Virus record (IMG/VR): IMGVR_UViG_3300032257_000051
Coordinates: 1 to 38,708 of that record
Strand: one strand, 5' to 3'
Length of the DNA stretch: 38,708 bases
DNA from: an uncultured virus (IMG/VR IMGVR_UViG_3300032257_000051)
Shown here: positions 9,657-17,260 of the stretch, in pieces
How positions within the stretch are numbered: the first letter of the stretch is position 1
How the letters are laid out: every line of letters begins with the position of its first letter
Made by a program: the position numbers and the translations under genes
The notes under the pieces: model-generated
Told to the model about the DNA's origin: nothing
The model's database searches: none
Seen by the model: the letters and a program-made list of their open reading frames with translations, nothing else

Positions 9657-11095
9657 CAGCTGATCCTTCTCACGCGGCCTCGTGTGCGCCGCCGTTCGAC
9701 TGGTTTGTAGACTGCTTCGCGCAGCATCATAACCCCATATCGCGTGGCGGCCATCAGGTCGTCCACTTCCTTGACGATGATGCCATCCTTGCGGTGGTAC
9801 AGGCGGAACTCATCGAACCAGTCCTCCAGGTGATCGAGCACCTTGAACCGGCCAGTCTGCATGCGGTCCAGCATCATGGTGACGCCAGCCTCGACACCGT
9901 TGGTCCCGTCCTCGAACGTCGCCCGCTCATCCATCATGTTCAGACCGGCATTTCGATACTGCTCGGCCAGCTGCTCACCAGATCCCTTGTCATGCTGCAG
10001 GCCATCATGAGGCCAGGCAAAGGGGATCCAAGACCCCCAGGGCTTCACGTTGGCCGAGAACAGGAGCGGCGTTGCCTCTCTCTGCCTGGCACACCGTCGA
10101 ACGTAGACGATGTCTGCCTCCCGGTCGTGCCGGAGCTCGACAGCTGCGGTCGGGTGATCCCACCCAAAGTCCAGGGCACCCAGGCATGGCAGCGTGTCCA
10201 GGAAATCCTCCAGCTCGGGGGTCGCCTTGACCTTGATGCTCTCCTCGGTGATCGGAAACACTCGTCCACTCCCCAGGGCCGGGATCCCTTTGATCCGAGC
10301 CTCTCTCTCATGTGCCGGATAGCCGGCGATGATCTTGGTCTTCTCTGCCTGGCTGATGTGATCGGCGTCGTCAATCGTCATGCGAACGTGCTGGCGATCC
10401 TCGCTCTCTTCCTTCAGGAAGCGGAGCACCACCGATGACATGCCCAGGAGCGGAGTGAAGGTCAGCCGGAGCTGGCCCATGGTTGCTGTGATCCTGGCCA
10501 GGGCCTCCATGTACACATCGACAGGAGGCTCCTCATCCATCCACACTTCATGGACCGTGTCGCCCTGCCACTTGGTGCGGCCCTGGTCGTATGATTTGAA
10601 CACCAGGGAGCTGTTGCCCCCGGCGATATGCTTGACCGTCAGAGCGGCTATCGTGTTGGGCACACCTGGGCGCGGCCTCACATTGTCCAGGAGCTTGGCG
10701 GGTATCATCCCCGTCCCCCTGGCTCCCTCGTCTGATGGATCCCCCACCAGGATCCTCTGCACACTGTCCCTGGTCACCTCGTTGGTGACTGAGCCAGCCC
10801 ATGCACGGATCGGGTGGTCGTATCTCTTGCCATCCCACCAGTCAGGGTAGGATCCCGTCAGGTGGTAGGTCAGGTTGGCCCCGCCTGAGTATGTCTTGCC
10901 CAGCTGGTTGCCGGCCATCAACAGGCCCTCGCGGGACTTCAGAGCATGGAACTCCAGCTGCTTAGTGTACGGACGATACCGGGCTATCTGGTTCGTCTTC
11001 AGGCGTAGCTCCCGTTCCATCGCCAACCTGGCTGCTTCCACCTTCAAGTCGCGCAATGGCGGCAGTGATGTTTCTGATGCGCTGATCGAGCTCAT
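9656..11095 (-). CDS. terL: Terminase large subunit, P22-like (headful packaging likely)
   Basis: Walker A MAGNQLGKT, YHLTG.YP.WW.G, Walker B VWMDEEPP, TFTPLLG, and nuclease motifs ALDFGWDHPTA and DDLMAATRY. Start uncertain (11095 or 11020). Confidence 0.96.
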   Translation of the reverse strand: MSSISASETSLPPLRDLKVEAARLAMERELRLKTNQIARYRPYTKQLEFHALKSREGLLMAGNQLGKTYSGGANLTYHLTGSYPDWWDGKRYDHPIRAWAGSVTNEVTRDSVQRILVGDPSDEGARGTGMIPAKLLDNVRPRPGVPNTIAALTVKHIAGGNSSLVFKSYDQGRTKWQGDTVHEVWMDEEPPVDVYMEALARITATMGQLRLTFTPLLGMSSVVLRFLKEESEDRQHVRMTIDDADHISQAEKTKIIAGYPAHEREARIKGIPALGSGRVFPITEESIKVKATPELEDFLDTLPCLGALDFGWDHPTAAVELRHDREADIVYVRRCARQREATPLLFSANVKPWGSWIPFAWPHDGLQHDKGSGEQLAEQYRNAGLNMMDERATFEDGTNGVEAGVTMMLDRMQTGRFKVLDHLEDWFDEFRLYHRKDGIIVKEVDDLMAATRYGVMMLREAVYKPVERRRTRGRVRRIS

Positions 11096-11420
11096 CGTCT
11101 GTCAGATCCTCTAGCTCACTCACGTTGACGTTCAGCTCCTTGGGCAGGATCGAGGCCACGCATTTCACGTACTGTACTGGGTCGGAGATCCGCATCATCT
11201 GGATGGACTTCTGTCCGTTCTCTTCCCAGTCAGCGAGCAGGTCAGCGAGGAAGACCTCGCCCAGCTTGTTCCTGGAGCCCTTCGGTCGGCCTCCCATCCC
11301 AGTATGGCCCATTACAAACTGGCCAGTCTTGGGATCCTTGTCAGTGGACGGGCTGGCCTTCGTCTGGGCCTTGCTCTTCCTGGGTGCCGACTGCCTCTTT
11401 GGCTTGGTCGTCTTGGCCAT
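10962..11420 (-). CDS. terS: Terminase small subunit (putative)
   Basis: GQF..G..G.GGRPKGSRNKL..FL..L..DW...G...I......DP..YVK.VASILPKE motif, immediately upstream of and overlapping TerL. GGAG RBS. Confidence 0.8.
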   Translation of the reverse strand: MAKTTKPKRQSAPRKSKAQTKASPSTDKDPKTGQFVMGHTGMGGRPKGSRNKLGEVFLADLLADWEENGQKSIQMMRISDPVQYVKCVASILPKELNVNVSELEDLTDDELDQRIRNITAAIARLEGGSSQVGDGTGATPEDEPDSPVSSVH

Positions 11421-11640
11421 CTGTCACTCCTGCGATCTCTCGGTATGTGTTCATGATGGAGGCGTGCGGCCCATTGTCGAGAGACATGTTGAGCGCGCCC
11501 CCGGCTGTCGGGATGATGTCGATCTGCGAGTTGTTTGCACACGACGCCATGAAGGCGCAGGTGTTTGCGAAGATTGTCATGGCCTCCCGCTGGGCTGGGG
11601 TCATCTCGTTGACCGCCTCGTAGAACTCTTTCAGCGTCAT
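11341..11640 (-). CDS. Hypothetical protein (probable paralogue of 11637..11894)
   Basis: Start trimmed to the ATG at 11640 (ATGA overlap, GGAG RBS). Begins MTLKEFYEAVNEMTPAQREAMTIFANTC. Confidence 0.65.
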   Translation of the reverse strand: MTLKEFYEAVNEMTPAQREAMTIFANTCAFMASCANNSQIDIIPTAGGALNMSLDNGPHASIMNTYREIAGVTDGQDDQAKEAVGTQEEQGPDEGQPVH

Positions 11641-11894
11641 GTGGTCTCCGTGGTCATTCCGGCCAGGAGATCCTGGTACATCTCCAGGCGTTCCTTCAGC
11701 CAGACCTCGCCGCCGAAGTCCAGGTATGGAATGCCCTTCTCTGCCGGCATCCCGAACTCGATGCATGGATCACATGCGGCAGCGAAGAGGACCATGGCCT
11801 CTTTCTGCTCTGTCGTCATCCCAGCGGCGACGGCCTGCCACTCAATGAGCTTGGCCTTGTCGTATTCCACCAGGGCCTTGGCTTCGGGCCTCAT
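11637..11894 (-). CDS. Hypothetical protein
   Basis: 85 aa with ATGA overlaps at both ends. Contains MTTEQKEAMVLFAAAC. Confidence 0.7.
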   Translation of the reverse strand: MRPEAKALVEYDKAKLIEWQAVAAGMTTEQKEAMVLFAAACDPCIEFGMPAEKGIPYLDFGGEVWLKERLEMYQDLLAGMTTETT

Positions 11895-12193
11895 GCCTTG
11901 ACCAGGGAGCGGATCGGCTGAGCCGGGTGGTTGGGATCCTGGCGCTCACTGATCATGACGCCTGGCACGAAGGTCACAGCCTCCGCGACCTGGCCGCCCT
12001 GTTGCGTGGTCACCTGGACCAGGACGCCGGCCCCTTCGATTTCCATGGCCTTCGTGGACTTCATCCAGCCCTCAGCCTCAGAGTAGGCCTTCGAGAGTAG
12101 ACGCCACATGTCGCCGTTGCCGGCGACCACCAGGTCAGAGACGTTCATGCGAGCGCCGCTGATGTTTGTGTTTTTCAGTGTCTTCTTTGCCAT
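11891..12193 (-). CDS. Conserved hypothetical phage protein, first gene of the late operon
   Basis: Start trimmed to ATG 12193 (AGGAAGGGG RBS). The KA.SE.EGWMKSTKAMEI.G.G..VQVTTQQ...VAEAVTFVPG motif is one I recall from other phages. Confidence 0.8.
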   Translation of the reverse strand: MAKKTLKNTNISGARMNVSDLVVAGNGDMWRLLSKAYSEAEGWMKSTKAMEIEGAGVLVQVTTQQGGQVAEAVTFVPGVMISERQDPNHPAQPIRSLVKA

Positions 12194-12293
12194 GTCAGAA
12201 CCCCTTCCTGAAGCGAACGACCCCAGGCGGGGACTAATCACCTGGGGCCAATCGGACATGCGATGGAGCAGACTGTCTCAGCCTGCCTATCGG

Positions 12294-12323
12294 ACATAGC
12301 CTGTGTTCGCGGGCACCGTCAAG
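12294..12323 (-). promoter_or_regulatory. Candidate leftward (late) sigma70-type promoter
   Basis: Minus strand CTTGAC-N18-CTATGT, close to the rhizobial CTTGAC-N17-CTATAT consensus. About 100 nt upstream of the first late gene. Confidence 0.5.
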
Positions 12324-12332
12324 AAGATCGTC

Positions 12333-12398
12333 TCCCTGGGTTGACCCTCTCCCGTACCTGGTGTACATAATGGAGCAACAGCAACGGAGAGAGACATG
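12333..12398 (+). repeat. Promoter/leader repeat copy 1 (copy 2 at 13222-13284)
   Basis: TCCCTGGGTTGACCC..C.CGTACCTGGTGTACATAATGG.GCAACA..CGGAG is near-identical at both sites. Confidence 0.9.
12341..12371 (+). promoter_or_regulatory. Early promoter P1 with operator at 12353-12367
   Basis: TTGACC-N17-TACATA(AT). The palindrome CGTACC-TGG-TGTACA overlaps the spacer and -10. Confidence 0.8.
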
Positions 12399-12623
12399 AG
12401 CAACCGCATCCAGTTCAACACCGGACGTCAGTACACCGCCAAGGGCCAGCGCATTGTGGCCATTCGCCAGGGTGAAGACGTCATCTTCATGGACCACGAC
12501 CGCAAGATCGCAGGTCTGATCGAGGACTTCTTCGGAGATCTCACCCCTCAAAACGTCGTCGGGTACTATGACGCAGGCAGCTATGTGATGCACACCCCGA
12601 CCGAGGCCCTGGCCCTGGCCTGA
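12396..12623 (+). CDS. Hypothetical early protein
   Basis: 75 aa directly behind P1, with GGAG RBS and phage-like codon usage (FNTGRQYT.KGQRI). Confidence 0.82.
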   Translation: MSNRIQFNTGRQYTAKGQRIVAIRQGEDVIFMDHDRKIAGLIEDFFGDLTPQNVVGYYDAGSYVMHTPTEALALA

Positions 12624-12642
12624 TCCACCCCCAGCGCGGAAG

Positions 12643-12685
12643 ACCCGCCCGTCCCCGGAGCCGAAAGGTGGCCGGGGTTTCGGGT
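12643..12685 (+). other. Intergenic stem-loop (possible processing or antitermination element)
   Basis: Nested stem ACCCG..CCCCGG-AGCC-GAAA-GGTGG-CCGGGG..CGGGT with a GNRA loop and no long U tract. Confidence 0.5.
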
Positions 12686-12709
12686 ATCTGAAATGCAATG
12701 GAGCGCATC

Positions 12710-13171
12710 ATGAACAAGCACTTTGTCATCGACCCGAATGGCGAGAAGCACACCCGCAACTCGAAGACCCGCGAATACAGCCACTGCGTCCTGGCCCGTC
12801 TGACGAACGAGAGCCGCATGAGGAGCTTGAAATGCGGCCTGCAAAACGCCTCTGAGCTGGTCCGCAAGTACTCGGATCCAGATCATGTCGAGCGCCAGGT
12901 TGCCTACTACAGCCGGCCAGGTGCAATCACGAAGAAGACCCGAGAGCAGGTCGAGGCCGAGGAGGCCAAGTACCTGGCTGAATACGTCGCGAACGCCAAG
13001 GCGTACCGCACCGAGATAGAGGTGGCTGAGGCCGCCATCGCTCGGGGTGAGGAGCTGGATCCGACCTGGGGCTCTATCGGTTGGGCGTCCCGCCTGGACC
13101 TGGCACACAAGAACGCGGCAGGCTACCAGAACGGCTGGCACACCATGGTCGTTCAGGCCGAACGCGAGTAA
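12710..13171 (+). CDS. Hypothetical early protein
   Basis: Start set at ATG 12710 (GGAG upstream). MNKHFVIDPNGEKHTRNSKTREYSH...GWASRLDLA. Followed by a terminator. Confidence 0.82.
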   Translation: MNKHFVIDPNGEKHTRNSKTREYSHCVLARLTNESRMRSLKCGLQNASELVRKYSDPDHVERQVAYYSRPGAITKKTREQVEAEEAKYLAEYVANAKAYRTEIEVAEAAIARGEELDPTWGSIGWASRLDLAHKNAAGYQNGWHTMVVQAERE

Positions 13172-13195
13172 GATCCCCAGCTCTCTCCCAACTGG

Positions 13196-13220
13196 CCCCG
13201 CTTCGGCGGGGTATTTTTTT
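13196..13220 (+). terminator. Intrinsic terminator
   Basis: CCCCGC-TTCG-GCGGGG-TATTTTTTT. Confidence 0.92.
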
Positions 13221-13229
13221 GTCCCTGGG

Positions 13230-13260
13230 TTGACCCCATCTCGTACCTGGTGTACATAAT
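13230..13260 (+). promoter_or_regulatory. Early promoter P2 (duplicate of P1) with operator at 13242-13256
   Basis: TTGACC-N17-TACATA(AT) immediately after the terminator, with the same operator as P1. Confidence 0.8.
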
Positions 13261-13281
13261 GGGGCAACAACGGAGCGACAC

Positions 13282-14076
13282 ATGAACCTGATCAACACCA
13301 TCCCCACCACCAGCCTGGACAACGAGATCGATGCTCTCATCGAGCGTGGAGCCCTCTTCGTGGTCAACCACAGCGCCGGCAAGGACAGCCAGGCGATGAC
13401 CGCAGTGCTTCGTGCTCGCGTTCCTGCTGAGCAGCTCCTGGTCGTTCACGCTGACCTGGGCCGCGTCGAGTGGGCCGGCAACCTGGAGCACATCGAGGCG
13501 ACGACTGGCGGCCTGCCGATCATCGTGGCTCGGAACCTCAACAAGGACTTCCTGCAGATGGTCGAGCGCCGTGGCGCGTTCCCGTCTCCGTCGATCCGCC
13601 AATGCACCAGCGACCTGAAGCGCGACCCCATCGAGCGTGAGGTACGCCGCTTCCTGAAGGCCAACCCTCAGTTCGACGGCCTGGTCGTCAACTGCATGGG
13701 GATCCGCGCCCAGGAGAGCACGGCCCGGTCTCGCCAGCAGGCCTTCCGCTTCAACAAGCGCAACAGCAAGGCTGGCCGTGAGTGGTACGACTGGCTGCCG
13801 ATCTTCGAGTGGACCGAGGACCAGGTCTTCGCCCGCATCGCAGCTGAGGGCCAGGAGCCGCACGGTGCATACGCTGCCGGCATGAGCCGCCTGTCCTGCG
13901 TGTTCTGCATCATGGCCAGCAAGTCAGATCTGCAGACCGCAGCTCGCCTGAACCCGGAGCTCTACGCTGAGTATGTGGATCTGGAGAAGCGCATCGACCA
14001 CACCATGAACATGCAGGGCAAGTCCCTGGAGGAAGTAACCGGCATCAAAGCCCAGCGCACCTGCTGCGCGGCATAG
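13282..14076 (+). CDS. Phosphoadenosine phosphosulfate (PAPS) reductase family protein
   Basis: PP-loop NHSAGKDS, RQCTSDLK, GIRAQES..R, WLPIFEW and RLSCVFC (candidate Fe-S cysteines). Confidence 0.9.
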   Translation: MNLINTIPTTSLDNEIDALIERGALFVVNHSAGKDSQAMTAVLRARVPAEQLLVVHADLGRVEWAGNLEHIEATTGGLPIIVARNLNKDFLQMVERRGAFPSPSIRQCTSDLKRDPIEREVRRFLKANPQFDGLVVNCMGIRAQESTARSRQQAFRFNKRNSKAGREWYDWLPIFEWTEDQVFARIAAEGQEPHGAYAAGMSRLSCVFCIMASKSDLQTAARLNPELYAEYVDLEKRIDHTMNMQGKSLEEVTGIKAQRTCCAA

Positions 14077-14085
14077 GAGGACTAC

Positions 14086-14364
14086 ATGGCACATTGGAGC
14101 ATCCACATCTGGCGCGATAGCGATGGCGACGCGCCTTCCACCTCGGAATACGCAAACCGCGCTAACGACGACATGACCAAGCGCCAGGCCCAGGAGCGGG
14201 CGCGACGCATCAGTCGCCTTCCTGGGATCCAGGCGGTGGACATCACCAAGTGGTCGGGGCACCTCTGGGAGATGAACGGGAACTGGGAAAAGACCTTTGA
14301 CCAGCTCGGCAGCCAGATCTATCGCAAGGGATACCTGAGCGAGAACGCAGGAGACACGGCATGA
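14086..14364 (+). CDS. Hypothetical protein
   Basis: 92 aa with a strong AGGAGG RBS. Confidence 0.75.
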   Translation: MAHWSIHIWRDSDGDAPSTSEYANRANDDMTKRQAQERARRISRLPGIQAVDITKWSGHLWEMNGNWEKTFDQLGSQIYRKGYLSENAGDTA

Positions 14365-14618
14365 TAACCACCTGGTCACAAGAACTGCCGGCAGCCTGGT
14401 TTGATTACCTGGTCGAGGGCACGAAGGACGGATACACCGATCAGCAGCTGCTCGACATCGACAAGTGGACGCCCGATCAGTCTGTCTGCGAGCGAGCGTC
14501 TGAGCCCTTCACAGGATCCTGGCGCGGTGTCTCAACCGAGATGCGGTCGTTCTGCTTTCGGTATGAGGGGCCAGGGTCTCCGTCGAGGCATTGGCCTTCA
14601 CAGTTGGGGCAGCCATAA
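14361..14618 (+). CDS. Hypothetical acidic protein
   Basis: ATGA overlap and AGGAG RBS. LPAAWFDYLVEG..DG pattern. Its 3' end overlaps a convergent ORF. Confidence 0.6.
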   Translation: MITTWSQELPAAWFDYLVEGTKDGYTDQQLLDIDKWTPDQSVCERASEPFTGSWRGVSTEMRSFCFRYEGPGSPSRHWPSQLGQP

Positions 14619-14668
14619 CGGCCCGCCCCTGGGTCCACATCCGGGTATCCACAGAAGGCGCACTTCAT
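14477..14668 (-). CDS. Small zinc-ribbon protein
   Basis: CAFC...GRYGCPNC. ATGA overlap with the upstream gene 14665..15213. Confidence 0.55.
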   Translation of the reverse strand: MKCAFCGYPDVDPGAGRYGCPNCEGQCLDGDPGPSYRKQNDRISVETPRQDPVKGSDARSQTD

Positions 14669-15213
14669 CGTAAGCCCAGCGCCCAGGCGACCCTCTCCAG
14701 GACCACCACCAGCGCCGTCGTGTCATCAGGGAAGACCTGGTGCATGACGGCGTTTCTCGTTGTGTCGATGTCCTGCGGCCGGCAGGATCCCAGGGCTTCC
14801 TGGATCTTGGTGAGCTCGCGCCTGGCCTGGCGGATCTGTCGAGCACTGGACCCGCGCCCAGGGCCGGTTGGTTCTCGCTGCATGGCGAGCCTGGGGCCCT
14901 CGCCGGCCAAGAGCTTCCTCGTCGCAGATCTCCACATGGCAGCCGCCCTGGCCTGGCCCTCAGAGAGTACCTGGGGATCTCCACGGTAGAGCACATCTAT
15001 CGGATCCGCGATGTCCAAGGGGGCGTGTGGCTTCCCCGTCAGTGCCTGGCGTTTGGCCTGCACTTCAGGGGTGCCACGATCTGGCGCAGAAGATCGCTTC
15101 GGACGGCCTGAAGGCTCTCGCTCCACCATCGACTTGCGCCTGGATCCTCGCCTCTTAGTCAGCCGACTTCTCCATATCCTGGACCACGCGCTCACCACGC
15201 TGGAGGATCCCAT
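14665..15213 (-). CDS. Putative late-gene regulator (Q-position protein, DUF6456-like); start uncertain
   Basis: Basic N-terminus KRRGSRRKS..EREPSGRP, LSEGQARAA and a helical C-terminus. Lies after the replication genes. The function is inferred from position only. Confidence 0.6.
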   Translation of the reverse strand: MGSSSVVSAWSRIWRSRLTKRRGSRRKSMVEREPSGRPKRSSAPDRGTPEVQAKRQALTGKPHAPLDIADPIDVLYRGDPQVLSEGQARAAAMWRSATRKLLAGEGPRLAMQREPTGPGRGSSARQIRQARRELTKIQEALGSCRPQDIDTTRNAVMHQVFPDDTTALVVVLERVAWALGLR

Positions 15214-15547
15214 TGCGAGCCGCGACGATGGGCTCGATCAACCTGAGCAGCTTGCCAGGCTTCGGCATGAAGGCGTCGTCATTGCGCCGCCACTGCACGC
15301 AGGCTGACCGCAAGATGTCAGCTGGCACGCCAGTGAGATCCTGGACCCAGGCATTTGCCCAGAGCTTCCAGCCGACCTCGTCCCGGTCCTGGTGCGGGTG
15401 ATGTGTAGCCAGGGCTTCCAGCTCCATCACGATCTCCTCGCGGCTGGCCGGCTGGCTGAGCTTCATGGTCTGGGCCAAGGCCTGCTTCACGCCTCCCAGC
15501 GTCTCTGGATCTGCGAGGCCTGCCTTCAGCTCATCCAGGGGCTTCAT
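15155..15547 (-). CDS. Putative helicase loader (lambda-P position)
   Basis: W.QDL.GVPADIL..AC..WRR....FMPKPG.L motif directly after the initiator. Start trimmed from 15781 to avoid a 250-nt overlap. Confidence 0.68.
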   Translation of the reverse strand: MKPLDELKAGLADPETLGGVKQALAQTMKLSQPASREEIVMELEALATHHPHQDRDEVGWKLWANAWVQDLTGVPADILRSACVQWRRNDDAFMPKPGKLLRLIEPIVAARNGILQRGERVVQDMEKSAD

Positions 15548-16301
15548 CAAGAGCTGCCCGAAGGGCGTCGCGTCTACGGGCGGTGTTGGCAGCTGAGCGG
15601 TTGGCAGGGTATTGGCCGCGTCGATTTGAAGAGCCGGCGGTAGAGCCACCCCCGCTTTTGGAGACCTCTTCTCGGATCCAGCGTTCCCAGGTTCGCTTCC
15701 AATCAACCTTCCTGGCAGTGGGGCCGGCTTTTGCGATCCAGTAGTCGGCGAAGTCTGTGGCTGTTTCTTCTGCTTGGTCATGCGTCATTCCTTTTTTGAG
15801 GGCATAGTTCATCCAATCCGATGGACATGTCCAATCGGGGGGGAGACGGGTTCCATCGGAGCCCGACTTCTTTTTAGACCCGGTAGGGTCTTTTTCTTTT
15901 CTAGCTTCTGGCTTCTGGCTTCTAATATGGCTGGATTTGGGCTGAGGTGTTTCGGAAGCCGATGGTTGTTTTTGCTGGCGTATTTCGCCGCCTAGCTTTG
16001 ATTTGTTGCGGAGTAGAACCTGGTTTCTAATCTCCGTTTCTGCGCGCTTATTCGTGATGTAGCCGCCCACGATCTGCAGTTTGCCGCAGTCCACCAGCTC
16101 ATCCAGGGCCTTGGCCAGGACGCTGTTGGATGTGTTGCAGAGCCTGGCGAGGCGTCTCCGGTTGTCCGGTATCGGCCCGCCGTTGTCATAGATCGCGGCC
16201 AGGATGGTGATGTAGACCCCGCGCTCAGCCGCCGTGAGCGTGGCAACGCCGGCCAGGAAGTCGGAGCTGTAGAGCTTGAACCAGTGGAGTGGCTTGGTCA
16301 T
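15531..16301 (-). CDS. Replication initiator, DUF1376 (YdaU) family
   Basis: WFKLYSSDFLAG...LTAAERGVYI.IL..IY..GGPIP.....LARL N-domain, plus a GTRLP.DW...F.DYW.......K.DW..TW..WIR C-domain. Confidence 0.88.
   Translation of the reverse strand: MTKPLHWFKLYSSDFLAGVATLTAAERGVYITILAAIYDNGGPIPDNRRRLARLCNTSNSVLAKALDELVDCGKLQIVGGYITNKRAETEIRNQVLLRNKSKLGGEIRQQKQPSASETPQPKSSHIRSQKPEARKEKDPTGSKKKSGSDGTRLPPDWTCPSDWMNYALKKGMTHDQAEETATDFADYWIAKAGPTARKVDWKRTWERWIREEVSKSGGGSTAGSSNRRGQYPANRSAANTARRRDALRAALDEAPG
15860..16040. promoter_or_regulatory. Candidate replication origin inside the initiator gene
   Basis: Locally AT-rich with T tracts and tandem GCTTCTG-GCTTCTG-GCTTCTA (15904-15924). Lambdoid origins typically lie in the initiator linker. 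Confidence 0.45.
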
Positions 16302-16681
16302 CGGCGCGTCACCTTTCCATCGAAGCCACGCTTCCAGCCGCTGGCCTTCGACCCTGGCATTGGCCGAGAGGGGATCGCCTGGGTCTTGCCCTCGGCCCGC
16401 CTCTTCTGCTGGCCTGTCTCACCGCCCTGGCGTCGAGCCTTGGCGTGGATGGTCGTCCACTCCGCAGTCTTGGCCAGGTGGCAGCCGTGACAGATGGCCG
16501 CGAAGTTGTCGAGCTGCTCGCGCTCGGCAGCATCCTCCTCGTCAACAGCCATGCGACGTTCCTTGCGATGGTCGAAGTCGATGTCTCCGATCACCAGCTT
16601 CTCGCTACAATCAATGCACCGACCGCCCTGGTCGAGGACGATCTTGGCCTTCTGATTGCGAGTGAGCTTGCGCCGCTTCAT
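16298..16681 (-). CDS. HNH endonuclease
   Basis: GRCIDC...DFDH...DN....CHGCH..KT. Confidence 0.85.
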   Translation of the reverse strand: MKRRKLTRNQKAKIVLDQGGRCIDCSEKLVIGDIDFDHRKERRMAVDEEDAAEREQLDNFAAICHGCHLAKTAEWTTIHAKARRQGGETGQQKRRAEGKTQAIPSRPMPGSKASGWKRGFDGKVTRR

Positions 16682-16899
16682 GAGATCCGCTCGGCAATGT
16701 GGTCGAAAGACCTGGCGGCACGACGCAGCTGGGTCAGGGCGACAGTCGGACGAAATCCGGTTGCCTGCTTATAGAGGAAGTCACCAGCCAGTCGTACCTT
16801 GGACGGGGCGAGTGCCAGGTTGGATCCTGTGTAGTAGACCAGCCGGTCTCCAGGCTTTGAGGTCGCGTACCAGTCCATCACATCGATATCCGTTTTCAT
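16678..16899 (-). CDS. Hypothetical protein
   Basis: W...SKPGDRLVYYTG.....V.LTQ.R.....FD.IAER. Coupled to neighbours. Start at 16899 or 16908. Confidence 0.7.
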   Translation of the reverse strand: MKTDIDVMDWYATSKPGDRLVYYTGSNLALAPSKVRLAGDFLYKQATGFRPTVALTQLRRAARSFDHIAERIS

Positions 16900-16900
16900 G

Positions 16901-17260
16901 CTAGTCATCCTTTTTCCAAGCTGAGAGCAGAACACGGCAGTCAACCATGTCCGGCAGGTTTCTGCTCCAGAAGATCACCATCTTCTGGCAGTCGCGGTCG
17001 TTCTTGATCACCCCCATCATCTGCAGGAGATCAGAGATAGGCTTCTCCAGGTTGCCGATGTCCGCTTTGGTCGCATCCGGGTGGACGCGGATCGAGATAG
17101 AGTATTTCCCGTCGATGGACGGGCGGCCCTGCGATATGATCGAGAGCCCGCCAACCTTCTCCCAGGATTTGTAGTCCTTCGTCTTCACCCGCCCCACGCT
17201 CGGGACGTTGCGGTAGAGCTTGTTGGTTGAAGGTGGAACCGGGAGGTCGAGTTGTATCAT
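16901..17260 (-). CDS. rusA: RusA-family Holliday junction resolvase
   Basis: LPVPPSTN.LY, DIGNLEKPISDLL...GVI.ND (D-N-K-D-D catalytic pattern). Confidence 0.88.
   Translation of the reverse strand: MIQLDLPVPPSTNKLYRNVPSVGRVKTKDYKSWEKVGGLSIISQGRPSIDGKYSISIRVHPDATKADIGNLEKPISDLLQMMGVIKNDRDCQKMVIFWSRNLPDMVDCRVLLSAWKKDD

Noticed and set aside
12333-13284. Repeat pair as a CRISPR array, att sites or terminal repeats
   Set aside because: There are only two copies, about 890 bp apart, each with -35/-10 and an RBS before a gene. They are better explained as duplicated promoters.
15548-15781. N-terminal extension of ORF 15155..15781
   Set aside because: It is Pro-rich, low-information sequence overlapping the conserved C-domain of the initiator. 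A start near 15547 is more plausible.
16298-16681. HNH gene as a mobile homing endonuclease or intron
   Set aside because: It is a short Zn-binding HNH coupled within the nin-like/replication operon, and no interrupted gene or intron structure is seen.
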